Assembly (NCBI GenBank): GCA_948471095.1
Contig: CAOKRG010000006.1
Coordinates: 1,795 to 65,794 of the forward strand
Length of the DNA: 64,000 nt
DNA from: an uncultured Oscillospiraceae bacterium
GTDB lineage: Bacteria; Bacillota; Clostridia; Oscillospirales; Acutalibacteraceae
Reading direction: 5' to 3'
Below the pieces are notes generated by a model. It searched no databases. It was given only the letters and a program-made list of their open reading frames with translations, and was not told the DNA's origin. Of the stretch, positions 20,910 through 29,694 are shown piece by piece; the first letter of the stretch is position 1; each line of letters opens with the position of its first letter. Both the position numbers and the translations under genes were made by a program.

Positions 20910-22439
20910 CTAGCGGTTGCAGATGATGATGGGCCTAGCCTCCGGCACAATGTCGTCGAACAGCTCGTTCTGCGTCCGGATATCCCCCAGCAGCGCGTGA
21001 TGGCTCTTGGCAATGTCCCATAGCTTCTCCCCCTGGGAGGCATAGTACACCAAAATGCGCGGCTTTACCGCGAAGCTCTCCGCGCCTTCGTCCACGCCGG
21101 CCGAGGTCAGATATTTCACATTGTTCAGGCTCAGCAGCAGCGAAGAGGCCGTCACCTCCACGGAGACCTCCACGGTGTTCCGGTCCGCGATCCGGAACTC
21201 CCACAGGTCCGCCCGCCAGGCGGTCTCCGCCTTTTTGGCCAGCTGGTTTTCCAGCTCCTCCGAAGCGTTGAAGTCAAACTGCTTTTCCGTGTATAGGATG
21301 CGCCCCTGGGCGCTTTCATAGAGCATGCACACCGTGTACTTCACCCGGTAGTTCAGCTTCGCCTTTTCACAGACGGCCTGCACCGAGGCCTGCTCGCACC
21401 AAAGGTCCAGCACCCGCTGGATCTCCCCGTCGCTGACGGTGAGGCTGCACTTCTTTTTCAGCGACTGGGTGGTCACTCCGTGCAGCTGGGTAAAGGAGCT
21501 CTGGGCATAGCGCAGCTCCAGGGGGGCCTTCACCGAGTAGGCGTCGTTGATGATCTCCACCTCGCAGGGCTTATAGAGGAAGGCCAGAAGAAAAATTTTG
21601 ACCACCACGCTGACGCTGCTGTTCTCCCCCACATCGTCCTCCCGGGGCTGCAGGCTGCTCTCGCCGGTTATGGCGCGGATGTGGCAGACGCAGTCTTCCG
21701 AGGCCCCGGCGCAGTCGATCATCTGGCTGAAGTCTATGGAGGCGGTCAGCTTCTCCACGGCGGCGTTGGCCGCGCTGTAAAGGAAGCTCACGTCCACCGC
21801 TCCGTTGACCATTAAACGCTCCTCTGAAAGACGGCTTTCGATCACCCGGCAGGAAACCTCCCGGCGCAGAATGGACTCAATGGGCGGCTTGCCGTTTTTT
21901 ACGGGAAGGGCGTCCTCAACGGTGAACTGATGGCACAAGGCGTTCACCGCTTGGTGGGCCGGGAAGCTTTCGCCTCGCTTCTCAATCGTCCCGTCCTCCA
22001 AGCTGCAGGTGATGCGCTCCTTTCGCTGGGCCACCGCCAAAATCTTCAGGCTTACCGCCGCGTGCAGGTCCACCCGGCGGGCGCTGACCGCGCGGCAGGT
22101 CATGTGGGCCATGGAAGCCTCTACCATGGCCACGGCCTTCTCTTCGGCGGTTTTCAGCTTGATGCTGGCGGTAAAGTCTTTGGTAAACTCGCAGCAGCGC
22201 ACCGAGTCTCCCTTGCCGTCCAGGTACAGCACCCGGACGTCGCAGACCCCGTCGCAGGTCAGCGTGTCCCCCGTAATGAGATAGGACGACACCTCCGGCA
22301 CCGCGCGGCATTTTAGAATCTTCTGAATGTCCGGGCAGTAGTCGGGAAGGTTGTATTCGATATCCACCGGCGCTTCGTAGTGCCCGTCAAATACAGGGTC
22401 AAAATATTCATAGGGCGCGGTCTTGATTTGGGCCTGCAT
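20910..22439 (-). CDS. sipL: SPOCS/DUF3794 + LysM spore coat morphogenetic protein (SipL-like)
   Basis: LPDYCPDIQKILKC repeat-type domains and C-terminal LysM (YYASQGEKLWDIAK); upstream of spoIVA. Confidence 0.8.
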   Translation of the reverse strand: MQAQIKTAPYEYFDPVFDGHYEAPVDIEYNLPDYCPDIQKILKCRAVPEVSSYLITGDTLTCDGVCDVRVLYLDGKGDSVRCCEFTKDFTASIKLKTAEEKAVAMVEASMAHMTCRAVSARRVDLHAAVSLKILAVAQRKERITCSLEDGTIEKRGESFPAHQAVNALCHQFTVEDALPVKNGKPPIESILRREVSCRVIESRLSEERLMVNGAVDVSFLYSAANAAVEKLTASIDFSQMIDCAGASEDCVCHIRAITGESSLQPREDDVGENSSVSVVVKIFLLAFLYKPCEVEIINDAYSVKAPLELRYAQSSFTQLHGVTTQSLKKKCSLTVSDGEIQRVLDLWCEQASVQAVCEKAKLNYRVKYTVCMLYESAQGRILYTEKQFDFNASEELENQLAKKAETAWRADLWEFRIADRNTVEVSVEVTASSLLLSLNNVKYLTSAGVDEGAESFAVKPRILVYYASQGEKLWDIAKSHHALLGDIRTQNELFDDIVPEARPIIICNR

Positions 22440-22472
22440 ACTATCCTCTCCTTTTGCTTTCTTTGCTACTCC

Positions 22473-22500
22473 ATATCTATGCGTTGTCCGGGAAAATATG
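22473..22500 (-). promoter_or_regulatory. sigmaE-like promoter for sipL-spoIVA operon
   Basis: Minus: CATATT...CATAGATAT, resembling the sigmaE ATA / CATAca-T consensus. Confidence 0.6.
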
Positions 22501-22505
22501 CGCCC

Positions 22506-22560
22506 AAAAAGAAAAAGCCGTCCGGCTTAGAGGGCGCCTCCCTCTGCCGGACAGCCTTTT
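22506..22560 (-). terminator. Intrinsic terminator after spoVM-like gene
   Basis: Minus: GGCTGTCCGGC-AGAGGG..CCCTCT-AA-GCCGGACGGCT followed by TTTTCTTTTT. Confidence 0.75.
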
Positions 22561-22583
22561 CTATTGTGAAACTAAGTACCGAT

Positions 22584-22673
22584 TTAGGCGTCTTCCGCCT
22601 TGCGTATGCCGTAGAGCTTTCTTAAAAAGAAGCCCCAGAACCCCTTGCGCTTCTCTACGATCACTACCTTCAT
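22584..22673 (-). CDS. spoVM: SpoVM-like amphipathic peptide (29 aa)
   Basis: MKVVIVEKRKGFWGFFLRKLYGIRKAEDA; RBS GCGGAGGG; downstream of thiN as in B. subtilis yloS-spoVM; below ORF-track cutoff. Confidence 0.7.
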   Translation of the reverse strand: MKVVIVEKRKGFWGFFLRKLYGIRKAEDA

Positions 22674-22688
22674 CTCGATCCCTCCGCT

Positions 22689-22862
22689 TCAGTTGCGTAA
22701 TAACGAGACCCCAAGGGCCACCAAAATGACCGCCGCCAAAAACAGCGAGAAGCCCATGGGGCAAAAGCAGGAGACCGATATGCCCAGGCCAAAGCAGATG
22801 GTGCACATGCTCCGGCACTGAAAATCTTTAAGACAGGTGCATTTGAATCGACGCTTTGACAC
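22689..22862 (-). CDS. Small Cys-rich membrane protein (57 aa)
   Basis: GTG start after GGGGAGG; MSKRRFKCTCLKDFQCRSMCTICFGLGISVSCFCPMGFSLFLAAVILVALGVSLLRN; not in ORF track. Confidence 0.7.
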   Translation of the reverse strand: MSKRRFKCTCLKDFQCRSMCTICFGLGISVSCFCPMGFSLFLAAVILVALGVSLLRN

Positions 22863-22892
22863 GGCGGCCGCCTCCCCTTTGCTCGTTATTCC

Positions 22893-22920
22893 AGTATATA
22901 CAAAGGGGAAGAAAGTGTTA
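22893..22920 (-). promoter_or_regulatory. Mother-cell (sigmaE/sigmaK-like) promoter candidate
   Basis: Minus: TAACAC...TATATACT upstream of the 57-aa ORF RBS. Confidence 0.4.
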
Positions 22921-23559
22921 CTGCCCTACCACCACCAAGGCCGTGCCGCTATGAACCCTCACCTCGGCAAAATCCGCCGCCACCTGGTTGCTCACCCCCA
23001 TGGGAAAGCCGCCGCAGGTCAGGGTGTCCCGGTTTAATGGGTATTTTAGGCCCGTATAGGTCACGGAGCACATGCTGCCGTTATAGGGGAACACGGACAC
23101 CATAGCGCCGTTCATGCCGGTCATTTTCAGCTTTTCATCGTGGAGCAGGAAAATTTTGGTGTTCCGGTCCGCCATAATGCCATGGCCGCCGTGCTCCCGG
23201 ATGTACTGCAGCACCTCCAGGTTGGCCAGGCTGTGGTCAAACCGGGCCCCGCCCAAGCATCCCAAAAGCAAGAAGCTGCGAAAGCCCCGGCCAAATCCCT
23301 TCATCACAGCGAACATGGTGTCCGTCACGTCCTTCTCCGTAGGAAGGATCTTGACCTTCTGCCCCTTGGCGGGGGGCTCCTTGGCCGAGTCGAAGTCCCC
23401 CACGATCAGGTCCGGCTTCACGCCGGCTTTCAAGGCGGTTTCGTACCCCGCGTCGGCACAGATGACATAGTACCGCCGGGGGTCGAACTCTTTAAAGATT
23501 CTTCCGCTGTCTATTGGCGCCGCGCCGATGATCATGCACGCCTGTTTTTCTGCTCCCAT
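22918..23559 (-). CDS. thiN: Thiamine diphosphokinase
   Basis: ICADAG, PDLIVGDFDS, EKDVTDT, GARFDHSLAN, GLKYPL, GVSN. Confidence 0.93.
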   Translation of the reverse strand: MGAEKQACMIIGAAPIDSGRIFKEFDPRRYYVICADAGYETALKAGVKPDLIVGDFDSAKEPPAKGQKVKILPTEKDVTDTMFAVMKGFGRGFRSFLLLGCLGGARFDHSLANLEVLQYIREHGGHGIMADRNTKIFLLHDEKLKMTGMNGAMVSVFPYNGSMCSVTYTGLKYPLNRDTLTCGGFPMGVSNQVAADFAEVRVHSGTALVVVGQ

Positions 23560-24428
23560 ACTTTCACATCCCTTATTTCTTGATACATTGCCGCATAGCT
23601 TTCCCATCTGGACCGGGCCACCCTGCCCGCCCGGACCGCCGCCAGCACCGCGCAGCCTTTTTCCACGGTGTGGGTGCAGGAGGTAAACTGGCATTCCCCC
23701 GCATACGCCGCCAGCTCCCGAAAGCCAAAGATCAGACGCTCCCGGTCGGTCAGGCTGTAGCGCTCCAAGTCAAAGGTGGAAAATCCCGGGGTGTCCGCCG
23801 CATAGCCCCCCTCTTCCAGCGGGTAAAGCTCTACCTGGCGGGTGGTGTGCCTTCCCCGGCCCAGCTTTTGGCTGATGCCGCCGGTTTCCAACTCCAAGCC
23901 GGGAAACGCGCCGTTCAGCAAAGTGGATTTGCCCGCGCCGGAATTGCCGATAAAGGCGGAAACCTTGCCCGCCGTAAGCTCTCGGACCAGGTCCAGGCCC
24001 TCCCCGGTCTTCCCGGAGGCAGCGCCGCAGAGAAGTCCGGCCGTTTGATACGTCTCAATTAAGTCCTCCGGAGAGGCCAGGTCGGACTTGGTGACCAGCA
24101 CCACGGGCTCGATGCCCGCCAGCTCCGCCGCGGCTGCCGCCTTATCAATGAGCAGCCGGTTAGCGGAGGGCTCCGCGATAGAGGCGACAATGAACAGCCG
24201 ATCCAGGTTCGCCACAGGCGGGCGTGGCAGATAGTTTTTTCGGGGCAGGATGGCGGTCAGCGCCCCAATTCCGCCGGGCTCCGGCGCAACCTCCACCCAG
24301 TCTCCGGCGCAGGGGGATATGCCCTCCTTCCGGAAGCGGCCTCTGGCCCGGCACACATAGAGTCCCTGCTTCGTCTCCACCGTGTAAAAACCGCCCAGAC
24401 ATTTTAATACTAATCCTTCTAAGTTCAT
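23532..24428 (-). CDS. rsgA: Ribosome small subunit-dependent GTPase A
   Basis: CRARG.FRK, RPPVANLD, GNSGAGKST, GRGRHTTR, DTPGF, C-F--C-H----C zinc site. Confidence 0.95.
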   Translation of the reverse strand: MNLEGLVLKCLGGFYTVETKQGLYVCRARGRFRKEGISPCAGDWVEVAPEPGGIGALTAILPRKNYLPRPPVANLDRLFIVASIAEPSANRLLIDKAAAAAELAGIEPVVLVTKSDLASPEDLIETYQTAGLLCGAASGKTGEGLDLVRELTAGKVSAFIGNSGAGKSTLLNGAFPGLELETGGISQKLGRGRHTTRQVELYPLEEGGYAADTPGFSTFDLERYSLTDRERLIFGFRELAAYAGECQFTSCTHTVEKGCAVLAAVRAGRVARSRWESYAAMYQEIRDVKVWEQKNRRA

Positions 24429-24434
24429 GCCGCC

Positions 24435-26498
24435 TTAGTCTCCGGAGGGGCGGATCGTTCCGCCCCCGGTGCCGCTGGTATCGGGATCTTCGCTGCTGTC
24501 CGGATCATCGCTTCCGCTGCTGTCCAGAGAGTCCGGAGGCGTAAATGGCCAGCTCTGCACCATGTTGACCTCTCCTGTGTCAAAGTTAAAGGAGAGCTGC
24601 ATATAGTTTTGGTCATTGAGGCAGACCGTTACCGTGTCAGTGCCCGAGGTGCCGGTAAAGGTCAAGGGATAGGAGCTGCCATAGGCCGGGTTCACGGTCT
24701 GCTCTTCCACTACGATGCCGTTCTTATATACCTTCAGGTTCAGCTCCATGTTGACCTCGGCGGGCAGGTGGATGTCCGTGCTGACCGTCTTGATGGTCCC
24801 CTTGCCGGAGCTGACCACCAAGTCTACGGTCGCTCCTTCGGAGATCTTCGAGCCCGGAGCCGGGTTGGCGCTGATAACCGTGTCCTTTTCCAGGGTGCTG
24901 CTGTCATCCCTCTGCACATTGCCAACCTTTAGCTTGACAGCCTCCAGCTTGGCGGTAGCCGCTTCCAGGGTCAAGCCCTCCAAGTCCTCGGGAACCGCCA
25001 CCTTTTTCGTTGCGGGGCCTTTGCTGATGTTCAGCGTGACGATGGTGCCGGAGTCCACCTGCGTCCCCTTGGCCGGGACGGTGGAAACCACCTTGCCCAC
25101 CTCGATGTCATCGTCGGCCACGCTCTCGATCTTGTATTGCAGGTTCAGCTCTTTCAGCAGCGCGATGGCGTCCGCCTGGGAGTAATTCCGCAAATCCTGC
25201 AGGGTCACGGTCTCCACCTTGCCGTTTACCTGCAGCACCACTTCCCGGCCTTTTTTGACCAGCAGGCCGGCATTGGGGGTCTGGTTCATAATCTCGCCGG
25301 GACGCAGGTCCGGGTTGTTCCCTTCGGTGGTCTTAAAGGTGAAGTTGTCTGCGTACTCGGGGTTGGCCAGCACCTCTTCGTAAAGCTTGCCAACCAACTG
25401 GGGCATTGTGATCTGCTCATCTTCCTTTGGGGTCAGCAGATTCTCCCAGTTGTTCAGCAGCCACACCGCGCCCACAGTCAGGGCGATGATAATAGCCGCC
25501 GCCAGTACGCCCTTGACCACCATAGCGCCCCTGGCGCCCCGCTGGGAGCGGACGTATTCTTCCTCATACTCATAGCTGTCGTTATAGTTGGGCGTAAAGC
25601 GGGTCTCCACGTTCCGGGGCGAGTCGTAATTCTGCCGCCCGGATTGGATGTCGTAATGGAACACCATGCCCGGGTTATGCCGGAACCGGTCGATGTCGTC
25701 CAGCATCTCCCCCGCGGACTGGAACCGGTCCACCGGGTTCTTCTCCATGGCCTTCATGGTGATCTGCTCCAGACCCTTGGGCAGGCTGGGGTTCAGGTCC
25801 CGGGGCATGACCGGCTTGGCCTGCAGCTGCATCAGCGCCACGGAAACCGCGTTGTCCGCCATAAAGGGCAGGCGGCCGGTGATCATCTCATAGAGCATCA
25901 CGCCCACGGAGTAAATGTCCGCCTTGTCGGTAATAAAGTCCCCCCTGGCCTGTTCCGGGGCAATGTAGTGCACCGAGCCGATGGCCTTGTCGGTCATGGT
26001 CTGGGTCTCGCTCTGAGAGAACCGGGCAATGCCGAAGTCCGTGACCTTGATGGTGCCGTCTTGAAGCAGCATGACGTTTTGGGGCTTGATGTCCCGGTGG
26101 ATGATGCCCTTTTCATGGGCGTGCTCCAGGGCCAGCAGGATCTGAATGGTAAAATGCAGGGCCTCGTCCCAGCGCAGGGCCCTCTCCTGCTCAATATACT
26201 GTTTCAAGGTGACGCCGTCGATGTACTCCATCACAATGTACTGGAGCCGGTCGCCGAAGCTTACGTCGAAGACCTCCACAATGTTCGGGTGGGAGAGCAG
26301 CGTGATGGCCTTGGCCTCGTTGCGGAAGCGGCGGAGAAAGTCGCTGTTGTCGGAGAATTCCTCCTTCAAAATTTTTATGGCAACCCAGCGGTCCTCCACC
26401 CGGTCATAGGCCCGGTACACATAGGCCATGCCGCCCACCCCGATCAAATTGTGAATCTCGTATTTTCCGTCCAGACGTTTGCCTACAAATTTATCCAT
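24435..26498 (-). CDS. pknB: PASTA-domain Ser/Thr kinase (PrkC/PknB)
   Basis: GVGGMA.V, VAIK, HRDIKPQN, DFG, GSVHYIAPEQ; TM; PASTA repeats. Confidence 0.96.
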   Translation of the reverse strand: MDKFVGKRLDGKYEIHNLIGVGGMAYVYRAYDRVEDRWVAIKILKEEFSDNSDFLRRFRNEAKAITLLSHPNIVEVFDVSFGDRLQYIVMEYIDGVTLKQYIEQERALRWDEALHFTIQILLALEHAHEKGIIHRDIKPQNVMLLQDGTIKVTDFGIARFSQSETQTMTDKAIGSVHYIAPEQARGDFITDKADIYSVGVMLYEMITGRLPFMADNAVSVALMQLQAKPVMPRDLNPSLPKGLEQITMKAMEKNPVDRFQSAGEMLDDIDRFRHNPGMVFHYDIQSGRQNYDSPRNVETRFTPNYNDSYEYEEEYVRSQRGARGAMVVKGVLAAAIIIALTVGAVWLLNNWENLLTPKEDEQITMPQLVGKLYEEVLANPEYADNFTFKTTEGNNPDLRPGEIMNQTPNAGLLVKKGREVVLQVNGKVETVTLQDLRNYSQADAIALLKELNLQYKIESVADDDIEVGKVVSTVPAKGTQVDSGTIVTLNISKGPATKKVAVPEDLEGLTLEAATAKLEAVKLKVGNVQRDDSSTLEKDTVISANPAPGSKISEGATVDLVVSSGKGTIKTVSTDIHLPAEVNMELNLKVYKNGIVVEEQTVNPAYGSSYPLTFTGTSGTDTVTVCLNDQNYMQLSFNFDTGEVNMVQSWPFTPPDSLDSSGSDDPDSSEDPDTSGTGGGTIRPSGD

Positions 26499-26519
26499 AG
26501 TATCCCCAACTTTCTATAT

Positions 26520-27257
26520 TTAGATATTATTGACCACGGCGATGGTGATATTATCCGTTCCGCCCTTTTCCACCGCGAAATCGATGAGTTTTTTCGTCAA
26601 TACTTTTCCCTCCCGGCCGTGGTTCACAATATAGTCCTCCAATAGGCCGTCTTCCATGTACCCGGTCAAACCGTCCGTGCAGGCCAGCGCGGTGTCCCCG
26701 GGCAGAAAGTCCCACACCGAATAGTCCGCCTCCACATAGTCGTGCACGCCCAACACGCGGGTGATAATGTTCCGCCGGGGATGGGTGCGGGCCTCTTCCT
26801 TTGTGATCTGCCCGAAGTTCACCAGGTCCTGCACATAGGAGTGGTCCACCGTGATCTGGGTCAGCCCCCGGCTGTTTTGAAGGTAGGCCCGGCTGTCTCC
26901 CACATGGGCCACATGCAGCCTTCCTTCCGCCGCCAGCAGCAGCACCACCGTGGTGCCCATACCCTGCAGGGCGGGCTCCTCCTTGGCCCGCTGGTAAATG
27001 GCCCGGTTGGCCCGGCATATGGCGTTTACCAGCAGGCTTTTCACGCTTCCGGGCGCCATGCCCTCCACATAGAGAGCCGTCAAATGGGCCTGTATCTGTT
27101 CCACGGCAATGGCGCTGGCCACATTGCCTCCGTTGGCCCCGCCCATGCCGTCGCACACCGCGGCCCAGGCGGCCTTATCCGAGAAAAGCCCGCACCGGCA
27201 GGCGTCCTGGTTTGAGCGGCGCACACGGCCTGTGTCCGTGGCGTAATCAACCCTCAT
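26520..27257 (-). CDS. stp: PP2C-family Ser/Thr phosphatase (Stp1/PrpC)
   Basis: G.VR..NQD, VCDGMGG, MGTT, HVGDSRAY, TDGL, GGTDNIT. Confidence 0.95.
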   Translation of the reverse strand: MRVDYATDTGRVRRSNQDACRCGLFSDKAAWAAVCDGMGGANGGNVASAIAVEQIQAHLTALYVEGMAPGSVKSLLVNAICRANRAIYQRAKEEPALQGMGTTVVLLLAAEGRLHVAHVGDSRAYLQNSRGLTQITVDHSYVQDLVNFGQITKEEARTHPRRNIITRVLGVHDYVEADYSVWDFLPGDTALACTDGLTGYMEDGLLEDYIVNHGREGKVLTKKLIDFAVEKGGTDNITIAVVNNI

Positions 27258-28290
27258 ATCCGTCCCCTCCTTCGTGTTTCCGGCGAAGCTGCCCGCAGGA
27301 AGCTTCTATGTCCGAGCCCAAGGTCCGGCGCACCGTGGCAGTACATCCGGCAGCCTCTAAAATTGCGGCAAAGGCCCGCTGCCGCTCCACCCGGCTCTTT
27401 TGGTAGCCCGTGCCCGTCACGTCGTTGACCGGGATCAAATTGACATGGGCCGGCATGCCCCTCAGCCGGCCCACCAGCTCCCGAGCGCATCCATCGGAGT
27501 CGTTGACCCCGCGGATCATGGCGTACTCAAAGGAAATGCGCCGCCCCGTCTGTTTGGCATAGTGGCGGCAGGCCTTGAGAAGCGCTTCCACGTTCCAGCG
27601 GCGGTTTACAGGCATGGTCTGGTTTCGAATGGCGTCGTTGGGCGCGTGAAGGGACACCGAGAGGGTGAGCGGAAGCTTTTCTTCCGCCAGCCGGTAGATT
27701 TGATCCACCAGCCCGCAGGTAGAAAGAGAAATGTGCCGCATGCCGATGTTCATCCCCTCCGGGCAGGAAACCAGCCGCAGAAAACGCAGCACGTTCTCAT
27801 AATTGTCCAGCGGCTCCCCCATGCCCATGAGCACCACGTTGGAGACCCGCACTCCCTCGTCCCGCTGGGCCGACTGAATCTGAGCCAGCATCTCCGAAGG
27901 AAGCAGGTTCCGGGAAAACCCGCTGCGGCCCGTGGCGCAGAAGCTGCAATTCATTTTACACCCAACCTGCGTGGAAATGCAAATGGAAATTCCATGATGA
28001 TACCGCATCAAAACCGATTCCACCAGTTCTCCGTCGTTCATACGAAACAGATACTTCACCGTGCCGTCTACAGAAACCAGCTTGCGCACCGCCTGGGCGC
28101 AGGCGATTTCATACCGCTCCGCCAGCTGAAGGCGCAGGGATTTGGACAGGTTCGTCATCTCTTGAAAGCTTTCCGCCCCCTGGTGCAGCCAGTGGAACAC
28201 CTGCCCCGCCCGATAAGGGGGAAAGCCTAACCCCTCAAATTCTTTTTGCAGTTCGGTAAAGCTCATAGACTTTACATCGATCCTCTCCAA
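27247..28290 (-). CDS. rlmN: 23S rRNA (A2503)-C2 methyltransferase RlmN
   Basis: CISTQVGCKMNCSFCAT, MGMGEP, SLHAPND, DIEASCGQL. Confidence 0.96.
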   Translation of the reverse strand: MERIDVKSMSFTELQKEFEGLGFPPYRAGQVFHWLHQGAESFQEMTNLSKSLRLQLAERYEIACAQAVRKLVSVDGTVKYLFRMNDGELVESVLMRYHHGISICISTQVGCKMNCSFCATGRSGFSRNLLPSEMLAQIQSAQRDEGVRVSNVVLMGMGEPLDNYENVLRFLRLVSCPEGMNIGMRHISLSTCGLVDQIYRLAEEKLPLTLSVSLHAPNDAIRNQTMPVNRRWNVEALLKACRHYAKQTGRRISFEYAMIRGVNDSDGCARELVGRLRGMPAHVNLIPVNDVTGTGYQKSRVERQRAFAAILEAAGCTATVRRTLGSDIEASCGQLRRKHEGGDGYEG

Positions 28291-28300
28291 ATTCCCGCCC

Positions 28301-29641
28301 CTATTCCTGTTTTTTTCGAAACGCCGCCGCGAAGAAGCCGTCCGAGGCCCCGGCCATAGGGGTCATGGTCAGCATATAGTCCGGCTCCTTTACGGTCCGC
28401 TTCACGCCAATCTCTATTTTTTCCGGCACAAAGCCCGCTGCTTCCCTCAAGAACGCTTCCGCCACTTCCCCGTTTTCCGCCGGGTTCCACGTGCATGTGG
28501 AGTAGACCAACAGGCCTCCGGGCTTGAGCTTTTCCGCCGCCTTTCGAAGGATGGACCCTTGCAGGACGGGCAGCTCCTGCGCTTGGGCCAGGCTTTTGTA
28601 GCGGATTTCCGGCTTGCGGCGGATCACTCCAAAACCAGAGCAGGGCGCGTCGCAAAGAATTTTGTCCACCGCCGGCACGCCGGGGGCCTCTTGGGCGGCG
28701 TCGCCCGTCAGGGCCGTTACGTTAGAAAGCCCCAAGCGCCCGGCTCCTTCTTGGATCAGCTTGACCCGCCCCGGGTGCAGGTCCGTGGCATAGACCCTGC
28801 CGGTCCCGGCCAGCGCCTGGGCCAAGGTGAACGTCTTGCCGCCGGGAGCCGCACAGCAGTCCCAGACCGTTTCCCCGGGCCGGGCGTTCAAAATCTCGCA
28901 CACCCACTGGGCGGAAAGATCTTGAACGTGGAACAGTCCTTCCCGAAATGCCTGGAGCTCCGCCGGATCGCCGCATCCCCTCAGAACCGCCGCGCCGTTT
29001 GGAGCGTTCAGCAGCTCCAGAGCCAAGCCGTCCCGCTCCAAACTGGCCTTTAGCTCCGGCCCGGTTGTTCTGGCCGTATTGACGCGAATGTAAAGCGCAG
29101 GCCTTGTCAAAGAGGCGTCCAAAAAATTTTGAGCCAGTACCTCCCCATATCCCCGCCGCCACAAGCGGATCAAGTCTTCCGGTACTGAATACCGCAGGCT
29201 CAGGGCCCGGATGCCGCTTCCCTCTGGTAGGCGGAGGCTCTCTTTTTTGCGGATGAGCCCGCGCAACACGCCGTTGACAAAACCGGTATACCGTGCGCCG
29301 CCCAAGGCTTTCAGCGCGTTGACGGTCTCGTTGACAGCCGCCGCGTCCGGCACCCGGTCCATGCAGAGAACCTGATAGGCCCCACAGCGCAAAGCCTCCC
29401 TGGCCAATGGGTCCGGCCGTTTCCGAGGATCGTTTAGACATTGGGACAGATAGTAGTCAAGCGGCAAGCGGCGTTCCAGCACTCCGTAAAATATGGCCGC
29501 GGCCAAGGCCCGGTCCCTCCGGTCCAGGCCGGACGAGGCCAAAGCGCTGTCCAGAACCAGGTTGGAGTAACCATCGTTCTGCCGCATGGCCAGCAGCGCC
29601 TGCAGCGCCGTGGTTCTGGCGTTGTTTCTGGATGGGTTCAT
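28301..29641 (-). CDS. rsmB: 16S rRNA (C967)-methyltransferase RsmB
   Basis: NusB-like N-terminus, DCCAAPGGKT, DAPCSG, YSTC. Confidence 0.95.
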   Translation of the reverse strand: MNPSRNNARTTALQALLAMRQNDGYSNLVLDSALASSGLDRRDRALAAAIFYGVLERRLPLDYYLSQCLNDPRKRPDPLAREALRCGAYQVLCMDRVPDAAAVNETVNALKALGGARYTGFVNGVLRGLIRKKESLRLPEGSGIRALSLRYSVPEDLIRLWRRGYGEVLAQNFLDASLTRPALYIRVNTARTTGPELKASLERDGLALELLNAPNGAAVLRGCGDPAELQAFREGLFHVQDLSAQWVCEILNARPGETVWDCCAAPGGKTFTLAQALAGTGRVYATDLHPGRVKLIQEGAGRLGLSNVTALTGDAAQEAPGVPAVDKILCDAPCSGFGVIRRKPEIRYKSLAQAQELPVLQGSILRKAAEKLKPGGLLVYSTCTWNPAENGEVAEAFLREAAGFVPEKIEIGVKRTVKEPDYMLTMTPMAGASDGFFAAAFRKKQE

Positions 29642-29694
29642 AGCTCTCCCCAATCAATTATGACATAATACTGTAAAGAGGCCCGCTTTATGCG

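Noticed and set aside
22561-22818. 85-aa ORF in the track
   Set aside because: Wrong frame; the region is better explained by the 57-aa and 29-aa ORFs with strong RBSs.
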